Assembly: GCA_951406725.2 (NCBI GenBank)
Contig: OX597827.1
Coordinates: forward strand, 78,554,001-78,618,000
DNA from: Octopus vulgaris
Taxonomy: Eukaryota
Length of the DNA stretch: 64,000 nt
Reading direction: 5' to 3'
Both the position numbers and the translations under genes were made by a program. The notes beneath the pieces were generated by a model. The model saw only the letters and a program-made list of their open reading frames with translations, made no database searches and was not told where the DNA came from. The stretch's first letter is position 1. Each line of letters begins with the position of its first letter. Of the stretch, positions 12,925 through 25,623 are shown in pieces.

Positions 12925-13033
12925 CTTTCTCTCTCTCTCTTTCTATATATATATATATATATACATACATACAAACATACATATATGCAAATGTGCAATT
13001 GCACGAATGATCTTATTAGAAATTATATATATA

Positions 13034-13085
<52 letters not shown>

Positions 13086-13224
13086 TAGATAGATAGATGG
13101 ATATTAAATGCACATTTATACACATATATATGAACATTTACATAAAAATTCACATATACATACAAATCCACACACACACACACAAACATGCACACACACA
13201 CACACACATCTGTCAGTGTTCCGT

Positions 13225-14337
13225 TCATTTGTTGTGGTTGAGATGTGATCCGGAAATATGGAGTTTCTGGTTCACTGCAGCTGTGTGCTGCTGCAAGTTG
13301 ATGTGCGCACTGGGATACATCTGGATGGTAGGGAATAGCTGTGTGGTTGCAGGAGATAGCTGGATGGTGGGGAAGATATGGGTGATGGGGTTGATGGCGC
13401 CGGGCACACCGGTCGCTGCCTGGTAGATTTGGGTGGCCACACTGCCTGAGCCAGCACTGTCTGCTAGAAGACCTGGCGTTGTGCTGCCATTGCATGGGAT
13501 TGAGTAGAGTTTGGTGGTGTTTGGTAGCAGTGCAGCAGCGAGGTCGTTGGTGACGAGCGTAACGGCTGCAGTGGTGGGTGCAGGAGCTGCAATGATCGCT
13601 GTGTTGTTGGAGGTGGCCACTTCAGACATTTGGTTCTGTTGCGACTGGACGCTTTTACCATCAGCACTGCTATTATTACATTTCGATGTTGAGTTGCTGT
13701 TACTACTACTACCACCACCACCACCACCACCACTACTACTATTGTTGTTGTTGTTGTTGTTGTTAGTGTTACTGTTGCTGTTTTTGTTATGATGTTTGTT
13801 GTTGTTGTTGCTGTTGTCCAGCTCAGCTCCCTCTTCGTATTGTTCCTCTGGGGCAATCTCAGATACTTTGGCAGGCATACCTGTCTCCATGGTAACACAC
13901 GACGACGCTTGTTCGCACATGTTCAGTCTCTTATGCTGCAACAGGTGGTCGCTGCGCGTGAACTCGCAGTTGCACAGGTCACACTTGAACGGCCGCTCGC
14001 CCGTGTGGATGCGCCGATGCACGGCAAGGTGGTCGCGCCGTGACAGCGCTTTGCCGCACACGTCGCATGTGTACGGTTTGTAGCCCTGATGCGACCTGTA
14101 ATGCCGCAGCAAATGGTCATCTCTTGTGAAGGTTCGTCCACACACACCACACTGGAACGGACGCTCCCCGGAATGGATGCGATGATGAAGTTTGAGGTAA
14201 GACTTGCGCAAGAACGACTTGCCGCAGTATTCACAAAAGAACAACTTCTCCCCCTGGTGGTTGTTTAAATGACGCTCGAGGTTGTCGCGACGGGAAAACA
14301 CTTTGCCACAGAGATTACACATCGGGGTCTTCTTCAT
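13225..14337 (-). CDS. C2H2 zinc-finger transcription factor: 5 N-terminal fingers (last one C2HC type) and a low-complexity N/G/S and A/T/P-rich C-terminus
   Basis: 370-aa ORF with CxxC...HxxxH fingers and QGEKL/SGERP/QGYKP/TGERP linkers; recognition helices RRDNL, RKSYL, RDDHL, RRDHL, RSDHL. A strong minus-strand splice acceptor (polypyrimidine + ttttccag) sits at 14356-14357. The 18 nt between acceptor and ATG are open in frame (FPPNAA), so an upstream coding exon cannot be excluded. Confidence 0.93.
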   Translation of the reverse strand: MKKTPMCNLCGKVFSRRDNLERHLNNHQGEKLFFCEYCGKSFLRKSYLKLHHRIHSGERPFQCGVCGRTFTRDDHLLRHYRSHQGYKPYTCDVCGKALSRRDHLAVHRRIHTGERPFKCDLCNCEFTRSDHLLQHKRLNMCEQASSCVTMETGMPAKVSEIAPEEQYEEGAELDNSNNNNKHHNKNSNSNTNNNNNNNNSSSGGGGGGGSSSNSNSTSKCNNSSADGKSVQSQQNQMSEVATSNNTAIIAAPAPTTAAVTLVTNDLAAALLPNTTKLYSIPCNGSTTPGLLADSAGSGSVATQIYQAATGVPGAINPITHIFPTIQLSPATTQLFPTIQMYPSAHINLQQHTAAVNQKLHISGSHLNHNK

Positions 14338-15261
14338 GGCCGCGTTAGGAGGAAACTGGAAAATAAAACAAAAAAAAAAGAAAGAAAGAAATTAATGATA
14401 AAAAAAATAGAGACGAAACAACAGTTAAGTAATGTTTGTAGGGTCTTGAGTTCAAACCTAGATGGCAGTAGTGCAGAACAACCCTAAACAAAGAATATTA
14501 CAGTACATATCTGAGATATGTACTGTAGGAAGGGGGAGGAAGGGGGCAGCAGCAGTAGTAGTAGTAGGAGTAGTAGTAGGAGTAGTAGTAGCAGCAGCAG
14601 TAGCAGCAGCAGTAGTAGTAGTAGGAGGAGGAGGAGGAGGAGGAGGAGGAGCAGTCACCTCAAAATATCATACCACCTGTTCTGGCTGTAAAGACGTCAA
14701 CCAACCCAATCGCATTCTCTTCTCACCTGTCCCAACGTCAATTTCTCTTGACGACACCTTTACTGACCAACATTTTCAATGTCATTCTCCTTGCTGTCTT
14801 GTTGCCATAGCTACTGTTGTTGTTGTTGCTATTAGTGCTGTTGTTGTTGTTGTTGCTATAGTCACTGCTGTTTCCATGGTAGTTGTTGTCAATGTTTGTC
14901 CACTGTTCAGCCCTGACCTGGCAGATTCATGATTAGAGAATCATTCCAGCCTTGACCATCTTGTCTTATTTTTTCTAGGACTGAATTATCCCATGGCATT
15001 TCCCTGATTTGAGACAATGGCGTATGATTCAAGGGAAGTCTGGCTACTGTTTCTAGCAGGTGGAGCAACCATGAAGAGGCTCCAATAATTATTGTTGTTG
15101 TTGTTATTATTCTGGTTGCTATGGCAGCAGAGCTTACAAAATCAGTAGCACATCATGAGATTAGCTGGCTGAGAGTGGCACACCATTGGATTAGTTATTA
15201 ATTTTATCCCATTATACATTCAACTTCTGTGTTTGGAACAAGTACCAGTAATATACAAGGG

Positions 15262-15428
15262 GGATTTCAGCCAGCCCACAAAATACCTTGGGAACGAGAA
15301 CCCAGGTTTGAAATTTCCCCAAGATACCTGATGAAGGCTGGAGAGTATACCAGCCGAAACATTGTGTTAACAACAAACAAGATGAGGACAAATATCCATC
15401 AAATCTAAATAATGTAAATAATGTACAT
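15262..15428 (+). mobile_element. Penelope-like end fragment with a minimal hammerhead motif (15323-15368)
   Basis: gatac-CTGATGA-a-ggctgg-agagtata-ccagcc-GAAACATT-gtgtt. Confidence 0.75.
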
Positions 15429-15760
15429 CTTGCTTTCTTCTGCATCCCCCAGCTAAAGGCTCCTTGCTCATCCACCTTTCAACCCTAAACATTTGGCACT
15501 CTGCCTTTCCCATCCCCTCATTCTCCTTCCAATACAATCTTGCATAATGATTCTTCAAATCCCCTTGTGCCTTGTGGGGCCACCTAAGCCCCTCATTGCC
15601 ATAATCTTTCTCCTGCAGCTCCTAGTAGCCATGCAGATCCTCTGCAAGAACCTCTACTCCATGCTCCTCATAGTTCAATCCCTTAATCCCCTAGCATGTA
15701 ACTGATCCCACACCACCTGGACCTATATCATACATTCATACACACACACACGCACACACA

Positions 15761-16070
15761 GTACTGTAGGAAGGGGGAGGACAGTACCCGGTATGGGCCC
15801 CTATCAAGGGTTACGGAAAGGAAACAACCTTCACAGAAATCCGGAGTGGAGCCCCATTGGCGGTTTAGTGTTTGACTCGACATTCTTCCAGCAGTTCCTG
15901 CAACCAAGCTGGTGCCAAACATAATGCTCTGCATTCCTTTGGACTACGTCAGCAAGGTCGAGAGAGGAATCCTGATGATTGGGCTACCCAGGATTTTCTT
16001 ACATCTAGCCCAGGCCTGCACAAAATTGATTATATGCACAACTCCATTGTCTCCCGAGACGAAAGGTTGC

Positions 16071-16075
<5 letters not shown>
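15761..16075 (+). mobile_element. Dispersed retroposon-like repeat; second copy at 62380-62685 (minus)
   Basis: High similarity between the two loci (ggagtggagccccattgg...ccaagctggtgccaaac...gtcgagagaggaatc...ctagcccaggcctgc). Confidence 0.7.
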
Positions 16076-16125
<50 letters not shown>

Positions 16126-16139
16126 CTACACACACACAA

Positions 16140-16430
16140 TCTTTAATTTGTTTCAGTCATTGGACTGTGGCCATGCTGGGGCACTGCCTTGAAAAGCTTT
16201 AGTCAAATAAATTGACCCCAGTACTTATTGTTTCAAGCTTTATTCTATTGGTCACTTATGTTGTTATCAAGCAGTGGCAGAAGACAAACACACACACGCA
16301 GTAAATTTTCCCCAGTCTCCATGTAACAAATCCATTCACAGGGCTTTGCTCAGCTTGGTACACACAATGGGACTGAACCCTGGACCATGAGGTAGGCAAG
16401 TAAATTTCTTACCACACAGTCACACCTGTG

Positions 16431-16432
<2 letters not shown>
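16140..16432 (-). mobile_element. SINE family A, degraded
   Basis: tgtttcagtcattggactgtggccatgctgg...gggactgaaccc...ttcttaccacacag. Confidence 0.7.
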
Positions 16433-16482
<50 letters not shown>

Positions 16483-16486
16483 CATA

Positions 16487-17060
16487 CAGGGTGTGGTGAA
16501 TAAACTGTTGACTAAATTATGCATTTTAACAGATATATTTACCAAAATTACATAAAAATATCTTGAAATACTAAAGATTAAATTTATTTTTAAAAAATTG
16601 CCATTGGCTTCAACCACGGCCTCCAGACATAGGTTCTTCCAGCAGCCACCCTCTTGAGCCAGAGCAGCACTGCCTCCTCCAGGCACTTTGTGTAGGCATC
16701 CGAGTTGAGTCTGAGGCCATATAGAAGATGAATAGAGGCATAACATCGCCATCACTAGTGATCCCTCCAAACACCATGATGTTGACTGGATGTTTGATTT
16801 TTATCACTCTCCGTAAATGTCCTCAGACTGATACCCAAACACTCTGAAATGTTTGTATTGGAGCTTCCGGCATGAATACCAAACAGTAAAGCATGTCGTT
16901 TCCAAATTTCCGCCAGAGTGAATTGCATCACGGTGCTGTTTTTCTCACAAGCAGTGCCCAACTGACCCTACTATACTGTGTAGTCAAACAAAATCAAAAA
17001 CAATGAGCATGCGCACAATTAAAAATAGAAAATGGCAACAATTTTTCCCATCACACCCTG
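16487..17060 (-). mobile_element. Second, internally deleted copy of the maT/DD37D-type transposon
   Basis: CAGGGTGTG...CACACCCTG ends; peptides KIKHPVNIMVFG and LEAVVEANG shared with 12117-12924. Confidence 0.85.
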
Positions 17061-17099
17061 TGTGTATTTGTGCTGGATCATGTAATGAAAGTTACACGA

Positions 17100-17670
17100 G
17101 TTATAGATCAATATATTAGGAAGAGAATTAGATCAGATCAGATGCAGTTTGGCTCAGTGCCATGAAGAAGTACAACTGATTTCATCTTCTTAGTGAGACA
17201 CCCTGCCAGAAAAGCACTTAGTAAACCTCTGAGCTTGACATTCATAAAACTAGAGAAAGCGCTTAACAGGTTCCATGTTCTGTGTTTTGGTGGACTGAGC
17301 TGTTCACTGAGGAATCTAGGGATACATAAACAGCTTAAGGGAGCAGTACAAGCCATGAACAGAGGTGTTGTCATTAAGGTGAGACCGAGTAAAGCACATA
17401 ACCATGAAGTGAGCAGGGGTCCATTAGGGCTCTGTTGCACAAATGAAATGTACGATGCTGCCCTCATCAACAGCTCAAGAATATGAAAAGTTTAAGAATT
17501 TAGGACCTAAATGGCTTCCTTCAACCTAACCACACTGAAGTCAATAACCTAGTATAGAAATTTTGAAGAGGGACTTCACACGATCTCGACATTAAGAATA
17601 TGCATCAATGACAATGAATCCAAACTCAGGTGAAAGAAGGGAGTGAAATGTTCAGTGAATGCCTTCTACT
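17100..17670 (-). pseudogene. Highly degraded reverse-transcriptase fragment, probably Penelope-like
   Basis: Frame-broken motifs DRVKSLFKI (compare the PLE motif DVxSLFTN), LELL and LSPPKH; read by eye only. Confidence 0.35.
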
Positions 17671-17734
17671 TTAGTTCCAGGTTGACCAAAGCCTTGTGAG
17701 TGGATTTAGTAGATGAAGACTGAAAGAAGCTCAT

Positions 17735-17796
<62 letters not shown>

Positions 17797-18599
17797 TACT
17801 CTTGTCTTGACATCAAATGATGGTTGTAAGTAAGTGTCACTGTCATACAAGCAGCATCATTTGTTCTCAATCTTCCATGCAAAAACTGTCTGGCCGTGGG
17901 AGGTGGGGATATTAGCTTCCTTGGAAACAGGTGAGGGTTGGTGACAGGAAAGGCATCAACGAATTCTGTTTAACTCATGCGAGGAAGGAAAATTGGATGT
18001 TAAAACAAAGATGATGTCCATCATCATCATATTATTGTTTTACAGCCACTTTTGATGCTGGCTGGGGTCATACAGTTTGTCACAGTCCTCCCCTCCTGGA
18101 TGGCTCAGAGGAACACATCTCACATATTTTCTATGGCTGGATGTCTTTCCTGACACCAACCACTTTTCAGGGGTTACTAAATGTATTTTGTAGTGACACC
18201 AGCACAAGTGGGGTTGCCTTGTACTCTGTAAAACTAAAGAGTCATCACCATTGCATGATGTTTCTTCAATTAAGGCTGTGTAAGCGAGAAGGTGGACAGA
18301 AGAGAAAGCGGTGATCAAAGAGACATCAGGATGGAGGGTGGTGAAGAAAGCAAGGGTAGGAAAAGGGAAACAAATGCCACCCTTCACACACACACACACA
18401 CACACAGTTCTTTGTAGTTTAATGCAATAAAGTTTTCCCAGATGATCTGTTCTTGTTAAGCATCCAAATGCACTTGGAACATCCAATGCTGGATTCCAAG
18501 CAACCAGAATGGTGCAACATACTCAAGGAACAAATAATATAAACTTGTGTTTAGTGTAATCTCCCCAAAATTTGTTCAGTATTTCATTAGTAATACTAC

Positions 18600-18960
18600 G
18601 AAGTATACTAGTTGCTTAACCACTTCACTGGAATCAGACTGCACTGCGATCATCTGAGGAGCTCAAAACTCAACAGTAGCAGTCATACTCCTATTTGTGC
18701 ATACAAGATACACTATATAAATATATATATCTTTAATCTCCTTTCTGTCAACACCTCAAAGGTAAAATGCTTCCCTGAAGACGGAAGCTGGTATTATCTG
18801 ATGATAGAATCAAATTACAATCATTATTTTGGACCACCAAGCCCCTAGAAACAGCTGTTGGACTCATAAAACTCTTATTCAATCCCTTTAATTCCTGATA
18901 TCATTTCTCTTCTGTGTAAGTTGGACCTTTTTATACGTAAACACATGTACATTTTTTGTA
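18600..18960 (+). mobile_element. Penelope-like 3' fragment with a long-stem-II hammerhead-like motif
   Basis: CTGAAGA 18775-18781 ... GAAACAGCTGTT 18848-18859 (palindromic stem III). Confidence 0.5.
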
Positions 18961-19107
18961 ATTAACGTATTTAATATTTTTTGTATATCGATCAGCCTGA
19001 CTTGCTTGTCCTTACATTTACTCCCCTACCAGCTCGAGTTTAAATCTCTTGGGCACTATGAAGTGGAGAATATCTGTCTCTCATCTATAAACTATATATA
19101 TATACAC

Positions 19108-19139
<32 letters not shown>

Positions 19140-19504
19140 GGAACAAATATTTAGTTCCCCATAAGCACAAGCATTCAGTCTGCTGTGAAAAAAATAAATT
19201 TCTTAAAATTATCTCCCTTCTCTGAAAGTTGCAAACAATTCCCACTAGGTTTAAGTTTTCTATTCTCAACTGAAAGGTCAATCTTAATTGAAACTGAGAA
19301 TTTTTTTCCTTACTTTCCTCAGTACTTCACCACCTACCTGAATTCTACCTGAATTACATACATATATGTAATATGTGCACATGTGTATTTTATGCAAATT
19401 ATTGCACACTACCATCCTTATAATGGCATCTCCCACTTATACATATTCAGAATCAAGTGTGCTTATCATAAAATATAAATGTACATAGATAAAGATTTAT
19501 TCAT

Positions 19505-19559
<55 letters not shown>

Positions 19560-20263
19560 TATATATATATATAAACTCATACTAGGAACAGAGGCTCACG
19601 AGCAAGAAGTGCAAGTGCACCCTAAAATTTTTGGTGGCCAATGAATAATACGCTTGGAACATCCTCCTGAAAAATTAGTTTGCAGCCTCTAAGCAAATTT
19701 CGTTTGCACACTTATGGCTAGCAAGTGTAAAATGATAGTTGTCTGAAATAATTTTGCAGTGGATAAGAGAGTGTGCATGTGAGAGGAAGGAGAGAGAGAG
19801 AATGAGTGAGAGAGAGACGATGCTAATAGTTGAGAGAATGTAGGTGGGAGGGTGGGAAGAGAATGCACGTGAGGAAGGATAATTTGGTATATAAGATGTT
19901 GTCTGCCACCCCCACCCATACATCAACACTGGTATTGTAGACCTATGATCAAATGCATTCCACCCGTGACCATTCCATTTTGCTATTTACTTTTTGAATC
20001 GAAGGGTATCTATATTGTCGTTATACTATATATATCCTCCTTTCTTTTAAGATTGTAGGGGGTTATAAGAGAGAAAGATTTGCCTGCTATCTCTAACCAG
20101 GGCCGGCAACCACATCGATGCGTCTTCGTAGACTCACGTGAAACTGGAGGGGTTGTAATTTGTAAAGTTTCTGCATCAAAGTAAGACTTATTGCACTCTG
20201 CTTCTGGTATTGAGTACTTTTCCACAAGTTTATAAACACACACATACACGTGTATACACGTGC

Positions 20264-20343
<80 letters not shown>

Positions 20344-20562
20344 GTATTTATGTATGAGACCCATCTCAGTCGTGTAATGGTGTTTGTCTATGGAGGGATA
20401 TACGGTATTCACAACACGCCCATTATTATTCTGTCATTTTTATGTTTCTTGTTGAAATTCAATGATAAAAGAAAATATTCTGTTTATCGGACTAAACAAA
20501 ATAAATAAAGAGAAATATACTTTCACTTTCTATCTCTCCTACACGCGTGCACACACACACAA

Positions 20563-20617
<55 letters not shown>

Positions 20618-20639
20618 ATGGATGGATGGATGGATGGCA

Positions 20640-20785
20640 CGTAGTAAGTAATCTAAGAGAAAAGCGGCGTGGTTTAAAATAAAAACAATAACAGTGGGAG
20701 ATGTGAACTTAAAACATTGCCAACAAACCCGGACTAGTTTCGGTTAATGGGTTGCGACGAAACCGGAATATCACCATCATCGCTG

Positions 20786-20844
<59 letters not shown>

Positions 20845-20887
20845 CGCCTATATATATGTATATATATATATATAGGCGATCTTACGG

Positions 20888-20921
<34 letters not shown>

Positions 20922-20966
20922 CGCCTATATATATGTATATATATATATATATAGGCGATCTTACGG

Positions 20967-21017
<51 letters not shown>

Positions 21018-21260
21018 TCACATGCACACATTTAATGTTGAGTGTCGAAAGAATAGAGTACTTGATATCTCATAGTAGAGAGTAATAATGTTTTGGGCGA
21101 GTCAGCCTCTTGCTGTTCCGAGTTTCGCCTTTGGGTGGTGCAAGAGAGTCTTGGAGTTTGGGCAAGAAACCGAGCTTGAACGGTCGCAACAGAGTGGACT
21201 CCACCGAAAGCACCGAGGGGCCAAACAGATGTGTAGAACGGGGTGGCGAGAGGGACACAG
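20640..21260 (-). promoter_or_regulatory. CpG-enriched region; candidate promoter/5' exon of the 5-finger ZNF gene
   Basis: Local CpG enrichment about 6.5 kb upstream of the coding-exon acceptor; no convincing ORF. Confidence 0.3.
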
Positions 21261-23256
21261 ACAAAAGGTGTGTGTGTGTGTGTGTGTGTATCTGTATATA
21301 CATGTGTTTCTGTGTGTGCGTGAAAGAAAGAAAGAAAGAAAGAAAGAAAGAAGGAAAGAGGTAATGTGAATGCTAAGAGGTGTGAAAAGTAAAACAATGA
21401 ACAATTCACCTTTGAGCTTCTTCTTTAAACTTTGTTGTCTCCAACACAGAAGAAAAAATTCCAAACAATCCAAAAAAGTGAAGAAATAATGGACTCAAAT
21501 ATCTTCTATGTTCCTTCTTTCTCTGTTTTTCTTTCTCTCTCTGTTTTATCGATGGCAACAAGGTTCTTCAATCACAGATACAATCAAATATACAAGACAC
21601 ATTGTTCCCCTTCTGCTGCTGCTGCTGCTGCTGGTCTTCTAATCATCTCTCTCCTTCCCTCTCTCTCTCTCTATCTCTCTTTCTTTCTCTTTCGTTATTC
21701 TCTCTCTTTCTCTCCGTTTTACTGTTACTCTTGTCGTTGCAATTGATCTTTAGGCATTAAGCTCAGCTCTGACCAAAAGTCGTTCCAGCTGCGACCATCC
21801 CTATAACCTTTTTAGATACAGCTTCTAGGATCGCCTAAATCCAGTTGAATCTTTTTGAAACGGTAAAGTTGTATTTGAGGGAGATTTGGCAGCTAATTTT
21901 AGCAGATCGATCGACTACGTTAGAGACGTCCCTGCGGTGTTGTTGTTTTTGTTTTTGCTGTTTAGCGGTAGGTCGGCTCTGATCGTAGGAGCAATCCAAA
22001 GATCAAAGATAATTCCAACCGTGACAGTCATGTAAAAACTACATTATTCACTATGTTGTTTTGAAGGGCGAGAGAGTATGATTTGGTTGCTATTACTAGC
22101 AGATCGAGCAGCTAGGTAGAGATTCCCTGGTTAGTTTGTTGTTGGTAGTGATTTGTTGGTTTCCAGCAGAAATTTCGAGTGAAATAAAGCAAATCGCGTC
22201 TCCTGGGGGTCTTTCAAGCCGGTTCTTTCTCTCTTAATCACTTAAATGCCATCGGCAGAATAAACCATATTAGATTCCGTCTTCAAATAATAATGCATTG
22301 AAACAAAAGCAAGTTAAATAATGTTTTTAAAAGCCGGTAATTACAGGAAATTAATATACCATTGACAACGTAAATAGCCGGGGCCGCTCGGGGTTGCTAA
22401 TTGCAAGAATAAAGAGAACCGAGTGGAGGAGGGGGGGGGAGAGCCTGGAAGCATGTAAACACAAGGGAGGTAATCGTGTCCTGACTAAAGTTGACTCTTT
22501 GTTCAAAATCTTCGTATTTAACTTTCCTTGTATTTACTGCGGGATTGATCTAAATAGTCTTCGTTAGTTCTTTTGGCTTGTTTCACTTGACAGCAAAGGC
22601 CATGCTGGAGCATAGCTCATGCTGTACCTGTGAAAAAAAAATTTTGAAAGTTTTAAAATAAATTTTGAATATAATCACAATAAATGTGGGGACATTATTA
22701 TTTTTCTTCTAGTAAAGTTCATTAGTTTAAACAATTTTTTTCTGGTAATATTTTCCCCGATATATTTCCGGCTTATCAAGAACGTCTTAATGTCTCATTA
22801 GGGAGACGTCAGGTGATTAAGTGACGGTCATTAGAGTGTCGAGTCGAATGTCGCGAAGTATTTGTTGCAGCTCATGCGTTTGGAGTTCGAATCCGACTGA
22901 GGCCGACCTTGCTTTTCATTCCTTCGGGAGTCAAGCACTGGGATTGCTTCTTTCTCTGAATCCGCTAACATTGATGGGGGTCAAAAAGGGAGCATTTACG
23001 TAGTGTCCCCTACCAACATTTCTACGCAAACCACTATTTCTTAATTGGACCATCTCGAGCACCGAACTAGCGTAGTTACTTAAGTTTATGAGTTCAAATC
23101 TCAGTTTTACGTTTAGTGTTTTGTATAAAGGCAAAGTAGGACGATGGGGGGTGGGTCCTGAAGAACGGAATCGGATGGGATTCTGAGCAGCAAAAATCGT
23201 AACTTCTGCGAATGTATTTGTTATAAATACCATAGATTACGAGTGAAGAAAAAAAT

Positions 23257-23910
23257 ATTTATTTCTTTATTGCCCACCACAAGGGGCTAAACATAGAGGG
23301 GACAAACAAGGTCAGACAACGGGATTGAGTCGATTATATTGACTCCAGTGCGTAACTGGTACTTATTTAATCGACCCCGAAAGGATGAAAGGCAAAGTCG
23401 ACCTCGGCGGAATTTGAACTCAGAAATTAAAGACAGACGAAATACCTATTTCTTTATTACCCACAAGGGGCTAAACACAGAGGAGACAAACAAGGACAAA
23501 CAGACGGATTAAGTCGATTATATCGACCCCAGTGCGTAACTGGTTCTTAATTTATCGACCCCGAAAGGATGAAAGGCAAAGTCGACCTCGGCGGAATTTG
23601 AACTCAGAACGTAACGGCAGACGAAATACCGCTAAGCATTTCATCCAGCGTGCTAACGTTTCTGCCAGCTCGCCACCCATGAAGAAAAAAATATTCTTCT
23701 CTACAGTAGTCACAAGGCCCAAAATTTTGGGGCAGGGGGCCGATCGATTAGATCGACACCAGTACGCAACTGGTACTTAATTTATCGACCCCCAAAAGGA
23801 TGAAAGGCAAAATCGACCTCGGCAGAATTTGAACTCAGAACGTAATGACTAACAAAATGCCGCTAAGCATTTCATCGGGTTTGCTGAAGGTTCTGTCAGC
23901 TCTCACCCTT
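23257..23910 (-). mobile_element. Three tandem/nested tRNA-derived SINEs, family B (Meta/MESC-like central domain)
   Basis: Repeated gtacttaatttatcgaccccgaaaggatgaaaggcaaagtcgacctcggcggaatttgaactcagaa. Confidence 0.85.
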
Positions 23911-24201
23911 TTTATTACAATAATTGTTATTAAAGCAGAATCCTTTGCCTGTTGGACAAAATGTTTGGTGGGATTTCATCTTTATCTTAAATGCTCTGAG
24001 TTGAAATCCTGTTGAAGTTGACTTTGCCTTTCATCTTTTCAGGATGGACAAAATAAAGTACCAGTCAAATACTGGGGTTTGATGCAATCAACTTGACCCC
24101 CCCCCCATCAAAATTACTGGCTTTGTGCCTAAATTAAAAAGGAATTATAATTAGCAGTCACATCAGTGATGACTGGGTTTGGGGAATGTCTGTGCCATCA
24201 A

Positions 24202-25259
24202 CCCTTTAGCTTTTAAATCAGGCAAAAGATTCTACCTATTATATATCAAAACTGGCCAGTTCTGGCCTCTCACACCTACCCTACAATGTCATTCTAATAA
24301 TAAACATTCACATCGTTCAAAATCTTGATGCTACAAGATTATGCATGATTGACCCTTTCGTTACCATATTTCTGTTGAGATGTTCTGTGTTTCTTTCAAT
24401 TAATTTTAAATATAACAAAGAATTTAGTATAATAACTTAGTTATCATTGAGCTAGTGTTAGGAACATGAATTGTGACTAAGGTTTGGTGGAAGATTTTAA
24501 TTCAAAACTTATGAAAGCAAGACATTTTTACTACAGAGCCAGAGGCAGTTTCAGCCAGGTTGGTATCAAAAGGGTTAAGAATTGTTTCTCTATTATATAT
24601 TTTAACCCTTTTCTTACCGTATTTCTGTTGAGATGCTCTGTGTTTCTTTCAATTAATTTTAAATATGACAAAGAATTTAGTAAAATAACTTATCATTGAG
24701 CTAGTGTTAGGAACCTAAATTGTGACTAAAGTTTGGTGGAAGATTTTAATTCAAAACTTATGAAAGCAAGACATTTGTACTACAGAGCCAGAACTGGTTT
24801 CAGCCGGGTTGGTATCAAAAGGGTTAATTGAAAACAATTTGGAAAAAATAAGCACAGGCGTAGGAGTGGCTGTATGGTAAGTAGGTTGCTTACCACCCAC
24901 ATGGTTCCAGGTTCAGCCCCACTGTGTGGCACCTTCGGCAAGTGTCTTCTACTATAGCTTAGGGCTAACCAAAGCCTTGTGAGTGGATTTGGTAGACGGA
25001 AACTGAAAGAAACCCATCGTATATATATATGTTTGTGTGTCTGTGTTTGTCTCCCCAACATCACTTGACAACTGATACTGGTGTGTTCAGCAAAAGAAAC
25101 CGATAGAATAAGTTACTAGGCTTAGAAAGAATAAATCCTGGGGTCGATTTGCTTGACTAAAGGTGGTGCTCCAGCATGGCCACAGTCACATAACTGAAAC
25201 GAGTAAAAGAGTAAAAAAGTATGACATTTAACTGAATTACCTGAATGTCAAAGAGTTAA
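24202..25259 (+). mobile_element. Nested cluster: P1 MITE containing two TTAA MITEs (P2; 24353-24574 and 24606-24823) and a family A SINE (24856-25220)
   Basis: P1 sequence breaks at its internal TTAA-like site and resumes after the inserts; the P2 copies are near-identical with CCCTTT...AAAGGG-TTAA ends. Confidence 0.8.
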
Positions 25260-25623
25260 TTCCCCTCTACAGACTTTTTTTTTTTACCTTCAAATAGATT
25301 TTCTAGAACAAGTACAGAATCTGTTGTTAGTTTTTTTCCTTTTCTAATATGAAGACAAGTGAGAGATGTCATCTTCCTCAGCTAATCAATACATTTTTAT
25401 TTATTGAAGGCAAAGATAGAGTTGAGATCAATAAAACAGCTTATTGATACAGCTGAGTTACTAGGATAACAGTTTGGTTTTGTTCAAGGATCCTTGTTGA
25501 TAAAGCCCGATTGAATTAAGAAGGGACAGACAAACAAAAACAATCAGTGTTAAGGAGGACAGGTTAAATTCTGAGAAATGGTAGAAATGATGGGGACATA
25601 ATTGTAATATTTTTGATTGCTGG

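Noticed and set aside
14458-14932. Poly-P/T/A and poly-V/G ORFs upstream of the 5-finger exon
   Set aside because: Trinucleotide microsatellites (AGT/AGC/AGG/GTT); no domain and no clear splice sites
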